Origin: Bigelowiella natans CCMP2755
Taxonomy: Eukaryota; Protista; Cercozoa
Reading direction: 5' to 3'
Length of the DNA: 64,000 bases
NCBI GenBank assembly: GCA_000320545.1
Contig: ADNK01001960.1
Span: 82,805 to 146,804 of the forward strand
In this document: positions 13,601-27,582 of the stretch, piece after piece
Position numbering within the stretch: the stretch's first letter is position 1
Layout: every line of letters begins with the position of its first letter
Notes under the pieces: model-generated
The model's input: only the letters and a program-made list of their open reading frames with translations
Databases searched by the model: none
Told to the model about the DNA's origin: nothing
Made by a program: the position numbers and the translations under genes

Positions 13601-16469
13601 CATCGGATTCACGCCGATCATGCGACCCGAGAACATCACTTCCTTCTTTTCCTGGACGATCGCCTGCTGAATTGTAAGGATCTGCTCGGCGATGACGGAC
13701 AAGACTTCGATGTCGATTCGGTTGAACTCGTCGAAGCAGCAGAAAGCCCCGCACTGCGAGAGGCCAGAGAAGAAACGGGCCATGAATGCGGCTGTCAAAC
13801 CATCTGAGCAGTTGAACACGACGATCTTGACGGCAAGTGACTTTGCAAGATCCTTGACCGTTTCCGTCTTACCCGTCCCTGCTGGTCCGGCGGGCGCCCC
13901 CCCTTTGTGGAGATGAAGGGCTCCTGTGAGCGTGAGATAGCACTTGTCGGTCAGGGGGGTGATAACAAGTCGACCCGCACAGCCTTGGTACTCGTAGGAA
14001 CACTTGAATTTGGCGTTAGTTTGGCGGATAATGGATTCCTCGCCCTCCTGACATTGCCCAGGCTCGATGTTCCCGAGCTTAAGGACCTTAGTGCCTTTCG
14101 AGCTCTGCTTTCCATCCTCCCCTTCTTCTTCGTCGTCGTCGCCTCCGGCGCCCTCCCAGTAATACCGCATCTGCTTGGTCCACTGGAAGTCGCTGATGGA
14201 CGCGACACCGTCCTCTACCATATCCTTTACGACATCACGGGCGTGCACGTCAATGATGAGAAGCTGCGACATCAGCTTTCTCTGGAGCTTCGTCAGCTTG
14301 CCTCGCACGCGATCGACCATGGTTCCTATCTGCTCCTTGGAGAACTCGTAGAAATTCTTGAGCGCATTTTTGTCGCGCCCGGACTGCATCTCAAGCAGAG
14401 CCTTCATGCAATTATTGGTCCACATTGTCATGTCAGACTGGAGAATACACATCGCCGGCCAGCGGTTGAACCAGTCGTTGCGGTTTCTCTTCCCGACGGG
14501 GTAGTCGAGGAGGGATGCTTTGATCTGGTTACGGACCGTGCGCTGCATCATCTTCTCGATCTCACCGAGCCACACCTCGGGGTTGCCCTTGGTGAAGATC
14601 GGCTCCGTGAATTTGACGACCTCACCCTTCATACTCTTCATATGAGTTACTTCGTTCGAATTCCGCACGTCCGTGAACTTCAGTCGCGCGATGTTGTCGA
14701 AACATTTGAGGAGATGCGGCTGGACTGCCTGCGGATCCCGAGTCTGCGAGAGGATGACGAGCAGCTCGTCGTTGGAGAGGAAATAGAAGCGCGCGAACGC
14801 GGCACGCTTCGTCTCAAGATAGTCCTCAAGCTCCTTCTGTATCTTGTCGAGCTTCTTGTTGGCGCTTAGAAACATGTCGAGAATGGCTCGATCCTGGATG
14901 ATTTTCATAACATTGGGCTCCTTGTGGACTTCCCGCTGTGTTTTGCGGAAGAAGCGATCCACCTCTTTGAACATCGCCGCCTCCTTCTGCATCGCCTTTC
15001 GGATGTCGTCGGATGCAAAGATCGGTTCCAAGTACCTTCAGGATACAAGAAAAAGGGGGAGAGGGAGCGAGAAGGAGGTAAGTGCACGGGTAATAGAGGC
15101 ATAGAAGTACACAGATATTCAGTCGCAATGTCGTATGTTTGGGTGGTGCCATGATGTAAATGTTCGAGTGGAATCGTGTTTTGGATGCGCCGTCTTACAT
15201 CCAATTTCTTTGGCAGAGCAGCCATTCGTCCAGGAGATCTGAGAGGAATGAAAGGTCCTTTGCCCACTTCTCCACCTCTTCCTGCATTATTCCGATGAAC
15301 GGCGACCCGAGCATCGACTGCAGGTTCACTTGGTGATCCTCGATTAGCGTAGTGACCGCCTCCACATCGCCAAGGCAAAAGTCCTTCTTCGACTCCCTGT
15401 AGGGTGTCTGTTCGAAGGCCATGTCCTTCCACTCTTTGTCGATCTTGACGAGCTTCTGTTCCAGGATGTATTCGCCCTGCGCGGCCCCTGCAATATCGGA
15501 GACGAGGTTGCGCTTGTCGTACATCTTCAGCTCCGAACGGATGCGGTCAACATTCAACTCATTGAGTGGGATCTCCTCTATATCGAGTTTCTCCCAAAGC
15601 TGAGTCCAGTGCTTAGGCTTCATAGCTTCTGAGCCGATCTCCACGAGCATGGGCATTTCCCCCTTCCACTTCTGTGTCATCTGTTTGAACTTCTTGGTCA
15701 CGGCGGAGTTCTTCTCGGCCTTGTTGAGTTTTGAGGCAAGCGAGAATGTCTCTTTGACTTGCTGGTCCATGTCCAGCACATTCAGCTTGTTGAAAGGTGC
15801 CTTATCCCATCCTGTCGTCTGTTTGACAAATTTGTCGTAGCTACAATGTAGGGAAGAGAAACAACAACAAGGGAGAGATGTAAGAAGGCTGGTATCGGAG
15901 CAAAATAACGGCCGAGTAGAAACAAAAACTTTGCAATCTTTCTTGCAGCTCATACGAATTAAATAAAGCCGATAAAAGCTGGATGATAAATGGATGTGAA
16001 TAGTCCATCGCACGTATGGAAGCACATCTGCTTTCAAATTACTTTAATCCCCCTGCCATACTATTTTTCGAATTATGACAAATTATTGCTCCCCCCCCCC
16101 CCCCTGTATGGATACCTGGACCAAATCTTTTCCTTGGAATCATAGAGCTCGTTCACCGCCTCGATCTCCTTGAACTTGACGGTCGCAACCTTGAACGCGG
16201 TTTGGTGCGAGTTCGCGTCTTCGGCGCGCTGCAACAAGTCATCAATCGTCGCCTTGGCCTTGGCGAGCTCCTCCATTACGTTGGCAGGTTCTTGTTTGGC
16301 ATCGGTGTATGGAGCTTCGACCAAGGATGCTTTCACCTTCTTCAGCTCGACATTGATCTGCTTTATGTTCTTTACCACCTCGACCTTGCGGCCCCTGATC
16401 TGAGCTTGCTCATAACCTAGGGGATTGTGTGTTGAAAAATGTAAGAGAAAAGACCGTCCGTCTCGCCCC

Positions 16470-16511
<42 letters not shown>

Positions 16512-19393
16512 ATCACACGCGTATAACATTCCTACACGCGCGGATAAAATCCTAATATCCTAGGTATATCCTAGAATAAGCTGTAACACGGGGGACAGAG
16601 AAGGGTATTATCCAAGAAAGAGAGGGATTTCTTCTCACCTAAAGCGTTTGTCAATTCCTTCTCGAACTTCTTTTTTGCCTTCTTGAGATTGGTGAGCAGC
16701 AGCTTCTCCGTAGGTAACAACTCAACACCATAGTGCTCAAGCAAGTAAGACATGCGCTCCACCTTCTTGTACTCCTCAGTTAGCGTTTCCTTGATCTCAC
16801 GCACCTCTCTGAGCTTTTCGACGTAGGTTGCAAACTCTTGCAGGCTCGCTGGCCGCGCAGCTACGAGCTTATCCTGCTCCTCGTAGCGCGTCCTCACCGC
16901 TGTACTGTTTGTAGAATAGAGCTTTTTCATCATACGCTTCATCGTATTCAGTCGCTTGTCCGCCATTGGCGCTAGCATGCTCTTAAACTGCTCTGTTTTG
17001 CAGTAGTAGGTGGTTCCTCCTTGATAAAGGGTCTTGATCTTCTCCTCAAGGTCTCTCAACCATTGATCCTGCTCTGCCATCGAGTCGCCCAGAGACCCAA
17101 CAGTGCCGCCCTTGGCCTCGAAACTGGCCTCATCCCATGACTTATCACTAACGAAAAGAGGGAAGAAATGGCTGAGCGCCGGTTTGCACTCGTCCCTGAG
17201 AGCGATGAAATCAGCTCTCGTCGTGTTGCGGATACGGATGATGGCCTCGATCCATTCTTCGGACGACGTGACAAGCTGCTCGACATTCAAGCTATGCGCC
17301 GAAGCCAGCGGTGTAAACGCCAGGTACTGCTTGAGGTGTGACATTTGGATCAGGCGCGGTGGTACAGTGTTAACCACCTTGCACACTTGATCCCACATGG
17401 TTCGCAGACAGATCTGAACGGCCTGCATCGGAGGTTCAAACACCAGTTTTGGCTCCTCACCGCCGTCGGGATCATCCGCGACTACAACGACTTGTGTGAA
17501 CATCTCCTTCATAGCTTTGCGAGTGCGAAGGTTCTGCAGGAACTTTCCGCATCCCACCTTGAGCCCCTGCGCGAACGTTTCGACGGCGATGTAATCGGCC
17601 AACCGGATGAACTCGCCGAGCAAATTGACCTGTGTTAGAATGGAACATCGGTGCAAGACAGTAAGGAGACGAATACCCAACACTGCAAGATAGTAATGTG
17701 GATGTTGTGGTGATTTTGACAGGGAGAAGACAAGCAGAAGGTAAGGACTATGCGCTCAGCTGGATTAGGGCGGACAAAATTATATTACCTCTTCCTTGCA
17801 GTTTTCAGCCTGCTTCTGCTTCGCCTCTCTCTCCAGGCGCTCATCCACCATACCCTTGGTTTTAGCCTGGGCGCCGATGATGAGGTTGTTAAAGGCATCA
17901 TCCTCCGGTTTGTCGTCGTGCTCGGTAAGCTTTCTAAGCTGCTTCTTGGCCGTCTTGCAGGTCTGTTCGACAATTTTCTCGCACATGTCGAGGGAGGCCT
18001 CAAGACGTCGTCCACACTCGTTGCGTACCTTCACCTGCTCCTCCTGGAACGCCGTCATGTCGGTTGGATCAGGGAACTCCTTGATGAGCTTACTCTTGCC
18101 AAGACTGTCCACGAGTGCAGATTGAATGTTCAGGATCGGTTCGCAGAAGGTCTCTCGTGCCAGGAAGAGATTATCCATGAGCTTAGCTCGCCTCTCACGG
18201 TAGGCAGTCTGATGCATGCGGCGGCGCCACGATCGTATTGCTTTGAGCACCAGGTAATTTTTAAAGAACCGGATGCTACGAAGAGTGTTGAAGACATTCA
18301 CCTCTCGCATCCAGTCGGGCATTGCTATGAACTCGGATGGCTGGCCTGTAACCACCTTCACGACGCCTGCAGCCGATATAACGAAGTGGTTCGGAGGAGT
18401 ATTTTTAGTCCCCACGATGCTGAGGTCATAGGGACGGTAGGTCTTGTCTTTGATTTCTGGCTGCACACAATTCACGAACTTGAGCGGAGTGCTGGATCCG
18501 TGTCGCGCGAAGAAAGTTATCGCTTCCTGACTGGTCTTCAGCCCAAGGTCTTTCACCATCTCCCCCAGATCACTGTCTGTGTAGTGTTTCTGCAGTTTGG
18601 AGGGGTCTGGGATGAGGGAAGCATCGTTCTTGCCGTCGGGGATCCGATCCTACAACGATTATGAAAAGAAAATGGATTAGGGACTTAAATTTTGTTTGGG
18701 ATTATGGAGAATGTATCCATTTTCTTTCGAAAATTGCGTAGGAGGTAGAATGGCTGCAGTATTACCAACTGCTGGACCATGGAGTCGGAAAATTTGTGTC
18801 CCTGCTCAAGAAAGATGTTTTGGAGAAAGGGCAACTTGAGCGATGTGAGCTTAGGTCCTGTGATGGATTCGTCACCATCGTTCACTAGTTTTGTAGCCTT
18901 CCCTGGAATTTTGCCTTCGGCCGCCTTCTTCATCGCCTTCTCCCCCATAGCACTGCTACTTGTGGGGACATCAAAGCCGTACAGGCGGGACGGATTGAAG
19001 ACTCCCTAAGCATAAATGAATAGGACGGTCACACAAGGGACGGTGCAGAAGATGAGAAACCCTGTTTTCATAGTCGAAGTCATTTGATTTTTGTTATTAA
19101 GTCTTATCTATGATACCGCTGCGCTATCAAGATCTTCTAGGCTTCCATGTACACGTTGCACTCGCTTCGTGGCCATGAGGTCGGCATTAATTTTCCGGGT
19201 CCGCATTTTCTTTTCGCCTCCGCCATTGGACTGAAAATATGTATGCAGTAATTCATCTACGGGCATAAAAAAGAGCTTGTACAAACTCTTTCACAAATTT
19301 TTTGAAGGGCTAATATTGCGCACCATTTGCAGATATCTCCTAATCATGTAATTTATAAAATACTTGTGAATACAAGAGATCACTAACTTGCAT
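5115..19393 (-). CDS. Axonemal dynein heavy chain, single-headed inner-arm type (DNAH6-like), ~13 exons
   Basis: P-loops [24 protein letters not shown] and GMGGSGRQS; stalk coiled coil; C-terminus CPTYKT...[11 protein letters not shown]. In-frame GT-AG exons: 19388-19393, ~19117-19230, 18766-19005, 17789-18649, 16639-17629, 16116-16416, 15199-15840, 12817-15035, 12567-12698, 10691-12421, 7721-10469, 5576-7508, 5115-5465. The short N-terminal tail suggests inner arm; the subfamily call is recognition only. Confidence 0.95.
10516..10650. repeat. (AG)n microsatellite in dynein intron
   Basis: Directly visible. Confidence 0.95.
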
Positions 19394-20266
19394 GGCGGGC
19401 GTGTGGCTTCGAGCCCTTTCGGTTGTTTTCAGGCCCTTATCACTTTGTAAGCTGAAATGTTGTGGTACATAAAATTAAATTAATTTAGCTTTGCCCAGTG
19501 CATACTCAACCAAACTGAACATAGGGACTTCTTCACCCTAAAAATCTCTAATAGAACTGTCATCCCTCATAATCTATTTCCTGTTTTAACTATTTCTCTC
19601 CATATATTCTAAATAATTCCACTGGATCACAGATATATGTGTACATCCTGAACTCCTCCAGATGTGAAATGAATCATACAATCGCACCCACTGACTATTT
19701 AAATCTCGTGTACATCTCGCCCAACTTGATAATAATCTTAATTTTTTCTTACAGTAGGAATAACTACATATTTACGTGTAGTTTCATAAAATAATCCTTC
19801 CCGCCCTCCCCCCCCCCCCCCCTCGGAGGGGCTACACTTGCACTCGTCGGTCATCTACCGTTGCCACGAAACTGTACGAGGTTTTCCAGCCCTAGCTATG
19901 ATTCTATTTGTAAGTGGTCAAGCAAAAATATCATTCGATCATACACTGCGACATAAATAATATTGAACAATAATGAAAATTAGAAGGCGTTGACATTCCG
20001 TTTAGTGGTCTCTAATTCTTCTTAACTGTCGGTTTCCAAACCCTCACTAACTGTCAATAGAGTCAAGCTATTTAGAGTCTGCGTCATCCATTTATTTTTG
20101 AAAATTGATTTTTGATAAAATATCATCCGATTCCGCGCATGCGGCATGAAATTCCGAAAGTATCAGTGCCTACAAAGCCATCGCGTCAAAAAATATTCTC
20201 TTGGTAGTTGGAGTTCCGAAGTCTCAGTCTCACTGTTGCTGAACGAAAACATGAATTCCGTCCAAG

Positions 20267-21327
20267 ATGTTTAGATATGTCACTATGTCACTTGTCGCTC
20301 AGTTTTATTCCCATGGAATTCAAAGATACAAATTCTCAAGAAATCGCTTTGAACTCTGTCCTGTCGCGTGCTCGAAGCAAATGTTGATGCCAAGTTGCAC
20401 GGCCCTCGTCGCGCTCCTCGTTACCATCGTTTTGATACTTTCGATGAATATCAGAGTTGGCGGTTTGCAATTGCGAAGCCCTCCTTCTCCGCATATGCGA
20501 AAAAGGTTACTAGCATTTTTCAACTGAGAGATAACTATGAATTATGTTCGAAGTTCGCATAATCACACCAGGCACGTTTCCCTCGCTTATTCCAACAACG
20601 GACGGCCCTCGTTTCATAAAGGTGTCTCGCCTCAAGCGATATCATCCGAATCTAATCCCTCAACGGATTCCATTTCCGCTCTGAATTTAAGAGTGGACAC
20701 TGAAATACTAAAAGAGAATTTGAAGCAGCTACTCAAGAAAAATGACGGCGACACCGCGACGCAACAAGTCACAGACACTCTCAAAAAGATCTCCGAAATC
20801 TGGAGATCAAAGTTACCTGAAGCTACAACGCTGACTGAAGAGAACTGCACCGGCAATTACGGCGTGATCTCCCGAATAGAGTGCTAATCTATCTCCTTTT
20901 TTATATCGTGCTTGCCCTTTACTGTTTCGTAATGTAGGTATCCTGGCTGCCTTGGAAAAGACGAGGAAGGGTAGTATGATATCATAGTGTTTAGATGATA
21001 TAGCTTTTTAAATTGTGGTCGCAAGTCTCAAGGAAAATTTTGATTCAAAATAATTAAGAATAAACTGACCAGGTACTTCAGATACACCCTTGGAAGAACA
21101 TGGTAGTAACGACAACACTAAACGACACCTTTAGATGCACAGAAAGAACATCAAAAGCTTGCTCATTCATTTTCTTGGTACTTTTCATTTAAATCCACGC
21201 AGCTTCAACATATTCAAGCCCAGCGACCTTATCGTCTCCATCAAGAACGTTAGAAATCCTGTTCAGATGTTGGCACAGGAAGAAGAAAATGGAGTTCAGA
21301 GACCGAGGGGGGCTATGTCCTACAAAA

Positions 21328-21377
<50 letters not shown>

Positions 21378-22192
21378 ATGCGTGTGTGTGTGTGTGCATG
21401 TATGTACGTGTATTCATGTAGCTCTTCTATTTCTAGCAGTTGGTGATATGAATTGGCTGATATTTTTAGCGGTAATCGACTTGGTCATCCGTACACCTGA
21501 CGGCGAGAAGATGGACGCAGTACTGACAAATAATGCGGTGATGAGAGAATAGTGACGGAAACGTTGAAGATGATGAGGATGATGATGATGATAGATTGAG
21601 GATGGTGGCGGAATCTCTCTGCACATGTGTCTCTCACTGTGCGTTTATCATATCGTCCGTCAAGTTATTTTGCTATGTTTTCTAATTTATGATAAGATCT
21701 GCTGGCCATCCGCTGAAAAGGGGCGCGACAAAGACAGATTGGATGTAATGTTCACGGGGGGAGAACTGCGTCCTGCCCCTTCAACTGATATCGACCTGTG
21801 GAAAAGCATATTTGAGCCTGCGTATGGAAGAAAACTCGGTAATTTTACCCAAGAATGCGATATTTGATGGAGGAGGCCGCTTTATTTCCTTTTTCTTAAG
21901 AGAGTCATAGATAGCCTTGCTTCACCCACGCCTCCTAATATACTGTAAAACTATTATTGTCGTGTTGAGTTGTGAATATATGCTTGCAGGCATGATACAA
22001 AGAGTCAAGAAATTTTTGTTGCGGAAACTATTGGGTATCAAGTCTCCAGAGAGCGTCAAATCAGACGGATCGATGGCATTTGAAATGCAGAAGTCCCCCA
22101 AAGGTTATCTGGATATCCTCTACAACGACAGCGAGATGCGAATCACTAAAGGTAATAGAGGAAGTATTATCGTTGCGACAAAAAGAAAGTGA
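20267..22192 (+). CDS. PAP/fibrillin-like plastid lipid-associated protein with bipartite (signal + transit-like) N-terminus; multi-exon
   Basis: Hydrophobic ALVALLVTIVLILS followed by a basic S/P/R-rich stretch; 66-nt intron 20506-20571 removes the in-frame TGA. Internal YPGCLGKDEEG-YFRYTLGR-FNIFKP; C-terminal GYLDILYNDSEMRITKGNRGSIIV is typical of fibrillins. Start could be 20267 or 20381. Confidence 0.72.
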
Positions 22193-24351
22193 TCACGAAG
22201 CACATACACACCTATAGCTAAGTAAGCAGTGCATCTTGCCATACAGTGAGCTCGATAATGTTTTGCAGCTATGCATAATACGAGAGTCGGCATAATATAT
22301 TGTTCGTGAGCGCAAACCTACGCCATCCGCAGGGTGCGTGTGCGTTGTATAGTTGTCCACACATATGTAATGTTTATATGTTTATGGCAAATGATTAATA
22401 TGCCGCGTTGCTCCGTTCCTCCTTATGCCGTGCACACTATGCACATACAAATGTCCACAACGGCGGACATGTAATGTTTGTATGTATGTGCACACAGCCA
22501 TGTAAATCGTACATATGTACTTATATATACATGATCTAGGCAGCCATGCTACATTGTGCAAAACATAACATATAACATGAGAATTCGCTCGTATATTGCA
22601 TGTACAACGTTGTGCAGTTGTGCAGCGCCAACATCTGCATATTAGCGGCCACATGTAGACATGTCGCAACGTCAGCGCATGTTATTGATGTGAAGAATCT
22701 AATGGTAAGTTTATATATTACACATTGCTGCTAGGACAAGTTCATGAACATGTACATATACATGCAAATAAATGCGCAAGCGCTAATCGCTGTTGATGCA
22801 AATCAATGACATGTTATGTTCCGTGCAAATAAGAGCTTACTAGTCAGGCGGATAATGAGTGTATCCAAAGCATCAGACGATTATGTATGTCATGCATATC
22901 AATATATGCACTGCTAATCTACTCACTAGCCGATAGATAATCGAAGCTACGTAGTAGGTACAACTATACCATTTAGTGTGTAAGCGTACTCTCGGTAGCT
23001 CTAGGAGGTATGACTTTACATTTGTTTACGATCATGATTGTAGTTTGCTGCACTCAAGTTTATGTACGTATATGTAAAATATTTTACGACTTCTTTTGTG
23101 GAGCGATATTTGAGAAACTTAATCTAACTCGCAATCATTTTCCAGGTTCCTGTTTTTTTTGAACAACTTCCATGACTCTTTCCCGACGTGCATTACTCTC
23201 ATCGCGAAGATGCTCAATTCTCTGTCATTAGTAGAAAACATTTAGGATGAACGCCAGCGTGCATGGCTTATGAATACCTTTCTAGCATGCTTCTCGGCGT
23301 AGTTGTTCGTGTACTGCATCAGCCGATATCCGAAGGCAATCGGCAGTGTGATGTAAAGAAATGTCACGCTGAGCGAAAAGGTTTCATTCGATTAGCCTCC
23401 CAGAGTATAGTCAAAAAGTCTGCTAGCTTAGAGCTGCAAAAGTGGGAAAGATTTCGAGGACACGCCTGGAAGACAGCGATTGTCTCATGTGCCACGTCGC
23501 CCTCCCCCGCCTGAAAAGTGATGGTTGAAACTAAAAAGGTTGGCACTCACAAGGTTCGAGCCTTAGGTCCAAGAGGTATTCTAGTGTTATGAATCCTTTT
23601 CTTGAGCTTCTCGTGCCCCTGGGACACGTTTCTGAAAAAGGACCACATGTTCCGACGTCGTTCCTGTAGGGTGGGGGAGTTCGGATGAATGGCCCAGAAA
23701 CTTGCTGCTGATTTTCAGTCAATTGGATAGAAGTTTTCGGCTTATAAAACTACCACGTTTTTATTCCACACTCTGCTTGCGACAAAGCCGTAGATCTTCA
23801 ATCATCAAGATTTCTGGTTCAATTTGATGCTAAAATGTACGATGTTTTGTGGTCGGGACCAACTCTACCGGATCACTGGAGACTGAACTGTCAGGACTTT
23901 GAGACACAGATGTTTGTGGTATAATAATACGTTCCGAATTGTAAGATCCGCGGTAGAATCAGTTTCTCCGTCTTTCACGGCACGCATGCAAACATCCTAT
24001 AATATGCGGCGAATATCTGAATATTTTTCACTGCCGCAGGGCACCGAAGCAGCCGAGTGGAGCCCGGAGAGTCAGAGAGAGTCAGGTGCTCCCCGCAACG
24101 TGGTCTTTGCTACCGCTTACACACCTGCATCTCAGTTTCTAGGGGAGGGCGGGGTTGGATTGCGGATGTAGAATTTTTATGTTGCAAGCCTCCTCCTCCT
24201 CCTTCTCCTTATATTAGATATACTGTCAGGCATTCAACACTGCATGCCCCCCCCGAGTAACTGTTCCATACCCCTAGAAGCAAGTAGGCCGCCTACTACT
24301 ACGACTACCACCACCACCACCACTACTACCACATAATAGCGTCACTGCAGG

Positions 24352-24453
24352 ATGGTCAACGAAGATGGTAAGATCGATGGAAAGCAGCAGCAGCAGCAGC
24401 AACAACAAAAGCAAGACGAACAGTCCAAACAGAATGAGGATGGTGATGATAGC

Positions 24454-24488
<35 letters not shown>

Positions 24489-25987
24489 GAGCGGGGGGAA
24501 CAACGGCAAGAATGGAGAAACGGCTCAGCAGCAACCGGATACAAAGGGTGAAGAAAGAAATGATGACGATGGCAAAGGTCACTAGCTTTTTATCTAAAAA
24601 AGTTCTAAATTAACGAATATTTCTTACTGGCATTGGGAGAGATTATGTGTGCTGTTTCTCCCGTATTTGGCGTATTTTTCAAAGATGGTAACGGGGATAT
24701 TGCTGCCGAGAGCTATGATGATACACTGACAAGCGGTGTTGAGCCGAGATATGGGGACCTTTCAGGTTGTTGCGAAAATTTAAATCATTACGGGGGAGGG
24801 GGTTCATGCTTGTTTTTGTGTCGATGCCTCCGCTTCGAATGATGCAATAACTCGAAGTTTCTTATCTTCTGTCGCAATATGTACTCGTTGTCGTATTTGA
24901 TGTGTGATATTCTCCGGCCACAGGTTCTGAAAGCGGAGAGGAAGACGATGAAGAGGAATCGGAATCGGAAGAGGAAGAAGACATAGAAGAAATCGATTAT
25001 GCAGAGATTATGAAATCAGGAAAGTCCCTTCTAGACACTCTCCTCCCTGGGGGCAAAAAGAAGAAGAAGAAAGCTCATAAGGACAACTATATCCGAGAGC
25101 TGCACCTCACCGGAGATCTCGCTAAGGACCATGCTACGCTCACAGCTCTTATGAAAACCCGGAACTCAAACGATGGTGGGGGCGATGATGGAGACGATGA
25201 TGGAGACAATGATGGAAACGACGATGGAGACAACGATGGAGACGACGATGACGATTCAGATGATTCAGACGAGTAATGACGCACATCATTCACTCATATA
25301 TACTTAAGTGTGCCTTCGAGCCTTGTTTTTTAAAAGTGTACTCAACCCAATAATCTAAAATGCACTTCTTTATATGAAAGTACACATCGTTCTTTACTAC
25401 TACCCTGTTACATCTCGCTGAGTCCCCCCCCCCCCTCTGTTATTGTTTGGAAGAAGCTATAATACCCTCTTTGTTAAATGCCTTTGAGAGCGAGTATTCT
25501 GGCATGATCTTCTCATTTCACATCAGCGATGACAACAAGGAGGTCGTATCCGAAAAAGAAACTAAAAAGAATGATGGTGGGTCCCGCACACTATGTATAT
25601 ATTTATGTACGCCATCCTATCATGAGTGAATGAAGAGTGTCGTATCTTCCTCTCCCAATCAAATCACCTAATAAAAACAACAGCAACAATCTGATAATAT
25701 TAGCATCCAACATATATTAAGTCGCTTGCAAAAGCGATTTCCTGAATGATTCGTCAATTATTAGCCGCAGGAGATTCAGCATCAGTCAAGGAGCAGCCAT
25801 TACTGCGCCGTCCTGCAGCTACCTCGAAAGAGGATATGCTTCTTCCCTTAGTCGAGGACTTTGGCCATATCGACGTTCCAAAGAGTGGAAAGCTATTAGA
25901 GGCGGGGAGTGTTTCTGCCAACGTGGGGACGAGGGTCGTCGTTCAGGGAGCGCTGCAGCAGAACCCACAGGCAATTGACCAAGGTAT

Positions 25988-26025
<38 letters not shown>

Positions 26026-27582
26026 CAACGATTCATGCTCCTTGATGGTGGAAGAGTAGGATTGTCCTGACGACCTCTACGACGACGAAATGACGATGAT
26101 GTTCTACTGCTACTTCTTAGTAGAGTGCTGTTTGCAGATATTCTGTTGTCGTAGTAGAAGGAATTCAAGTCTCCCTCCCTCGCTCTTTCTCTATGATACA
26201 CTTTGAGGTACTATTCTGTTGCTGGAGGATCGAACACCAATCGGCATCATCGACGAGGTGTTTGGGCCTGTGAAAGAGCCTTTCTACGTGCTACGATACA
26301 ACACGGAGGAAGACGTCAACTCGAAGCTTCACGTCGGCAAAAAGGTAGCAAGTAGTAGTAAGTAGCAGGAACGTGTGATGGAGGAGGAGGAGGAGGAGGA
26401 GGAGGAGGAGGAGGCGTATGATTCATTGCGAGCATGCAATCTCCCCCCCCCCCTCCCCCCCCCCTCTCTCTCTTCCTCGCGTATAGAACTCGCGTGACTG
26501 ATATTACGTCGCGCGCATTATCAGGTGTTCTATCTAGGAGAGATGGTCAAGTTTGTGCTCGCTGCAGCGGTAAGACGAAATTCCAACAATGTGCGCGCGC
26601 GCGCACACACTCACACAGAGAGAGGGGGGGGGGGGGGGAGGTGGGTGTGGAGGGTGAAGAGAAATACAGATGTCATCAAATGGTTTTGTTTCTTTCTATT
26701 CTGCTGCATATGGCGCACAGGTGAAGGATAAAGGCACCGACGCCTCCACCATCAATGATCAGGAAGTAACGAACCCCAAGGAGATGGACTTTTCCGATGA
26801 TGAGGAGGAGCGTAGGGTGAAAGCCAGCCTAAGAAGAGGCCAGGCAGCAGCATCAGCAAGATGCAGATGGTGAACGCGCGGAGGGTAAAGAGAACAATAA
26901 CAGCACCAAACGAAAAAGACATAGATCCTCGTGGCAAGGGGGAGGCAATCACAATTACCGCGGTCGCGGCCGTGGCCGTGGCCATGGACGTCGCCAGCAT
27001 GGAGGAGGAGGGGGAGGAAGAGGACGATACGCGTCGTATAACCAGTATAATCTTCCTCCGCAAAATCATTTCCCTCCTCCAGCCCTTCATCATCCTTCTC
27101 ATCAATATTCTCGTCATCCTTATCAACACGCTCGTCATCAAGGCCATCCTACTCCGCCTCCTCCTCCTCCTCCTCCTTATTTTCATCATAGTAGCTTTCG
27201 TCAGGGGGCTCCCTACCAGGTCACACAGCCACTCTCTTTCCGCCCTTCTCTTGTGTCTTGTTCGTCGTATCTATCTGCGGCATCGCTGACTTTTTAGGGA
27301 AAATGACAAATAGCTGTACTAACTACCACAATTCGTCTCGTTGTTGATAATAAGAGATCCATACTGTCTGTGTCTGATGTGTGTGAACTCTCTTTCCTTG
27401 CAAACTAGGGCAATCCTCGATTCTCACAGCGGCAGCATCAGCAGCATCAGCAGCATCAGCAGCAGTTCAACGGTTTACCTGACACCCACCGTCCGAGTCC
27501 TTTCTACAACAACAACTACGTGCCACCGCCAAACGGCCCTCAACCACACGGCTATCCGTATCACCAAACGCCGCAACAGTAG
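24352..27582 (+). CDS. NAF1: H/ACA RNP assembly factor NAF1 (Gar1/Naf1 domain), multi-exon
   Basis: Acidic N-terminus; spliced core IDQG-TILLLEDRTPIGIIDEVFGPVKEPFYVLRY...KGTDASTINDQE...MDFSDDEEER; RG-rich and P/H/Q-rich C-terminus; stop TAG 27580-27582. The start may lie in an upstream exon, since an AG directly precedes 24351. Confidence 0.85.

Noticed and set aside
6839-14869. Long plus-strand ORFs (e.g. 13907..14869, 9265..9957)
   Set aside because: Antisense shadows of the GC3-rich dynein exons with no independent motifs.
20525-20527. In-frame TGA between two same-frame ORFs (selenocysteine or readthrough?)
   Set aside because: It falls inside a 66-nt GT-AG intron (20506-20571) whose removal restores the frame.
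23100-24340. Possible gene or ncRNA upstream of NAF1
   Set aside because: No recognisable motif, consistent exon chain or RNA structure could be supported.
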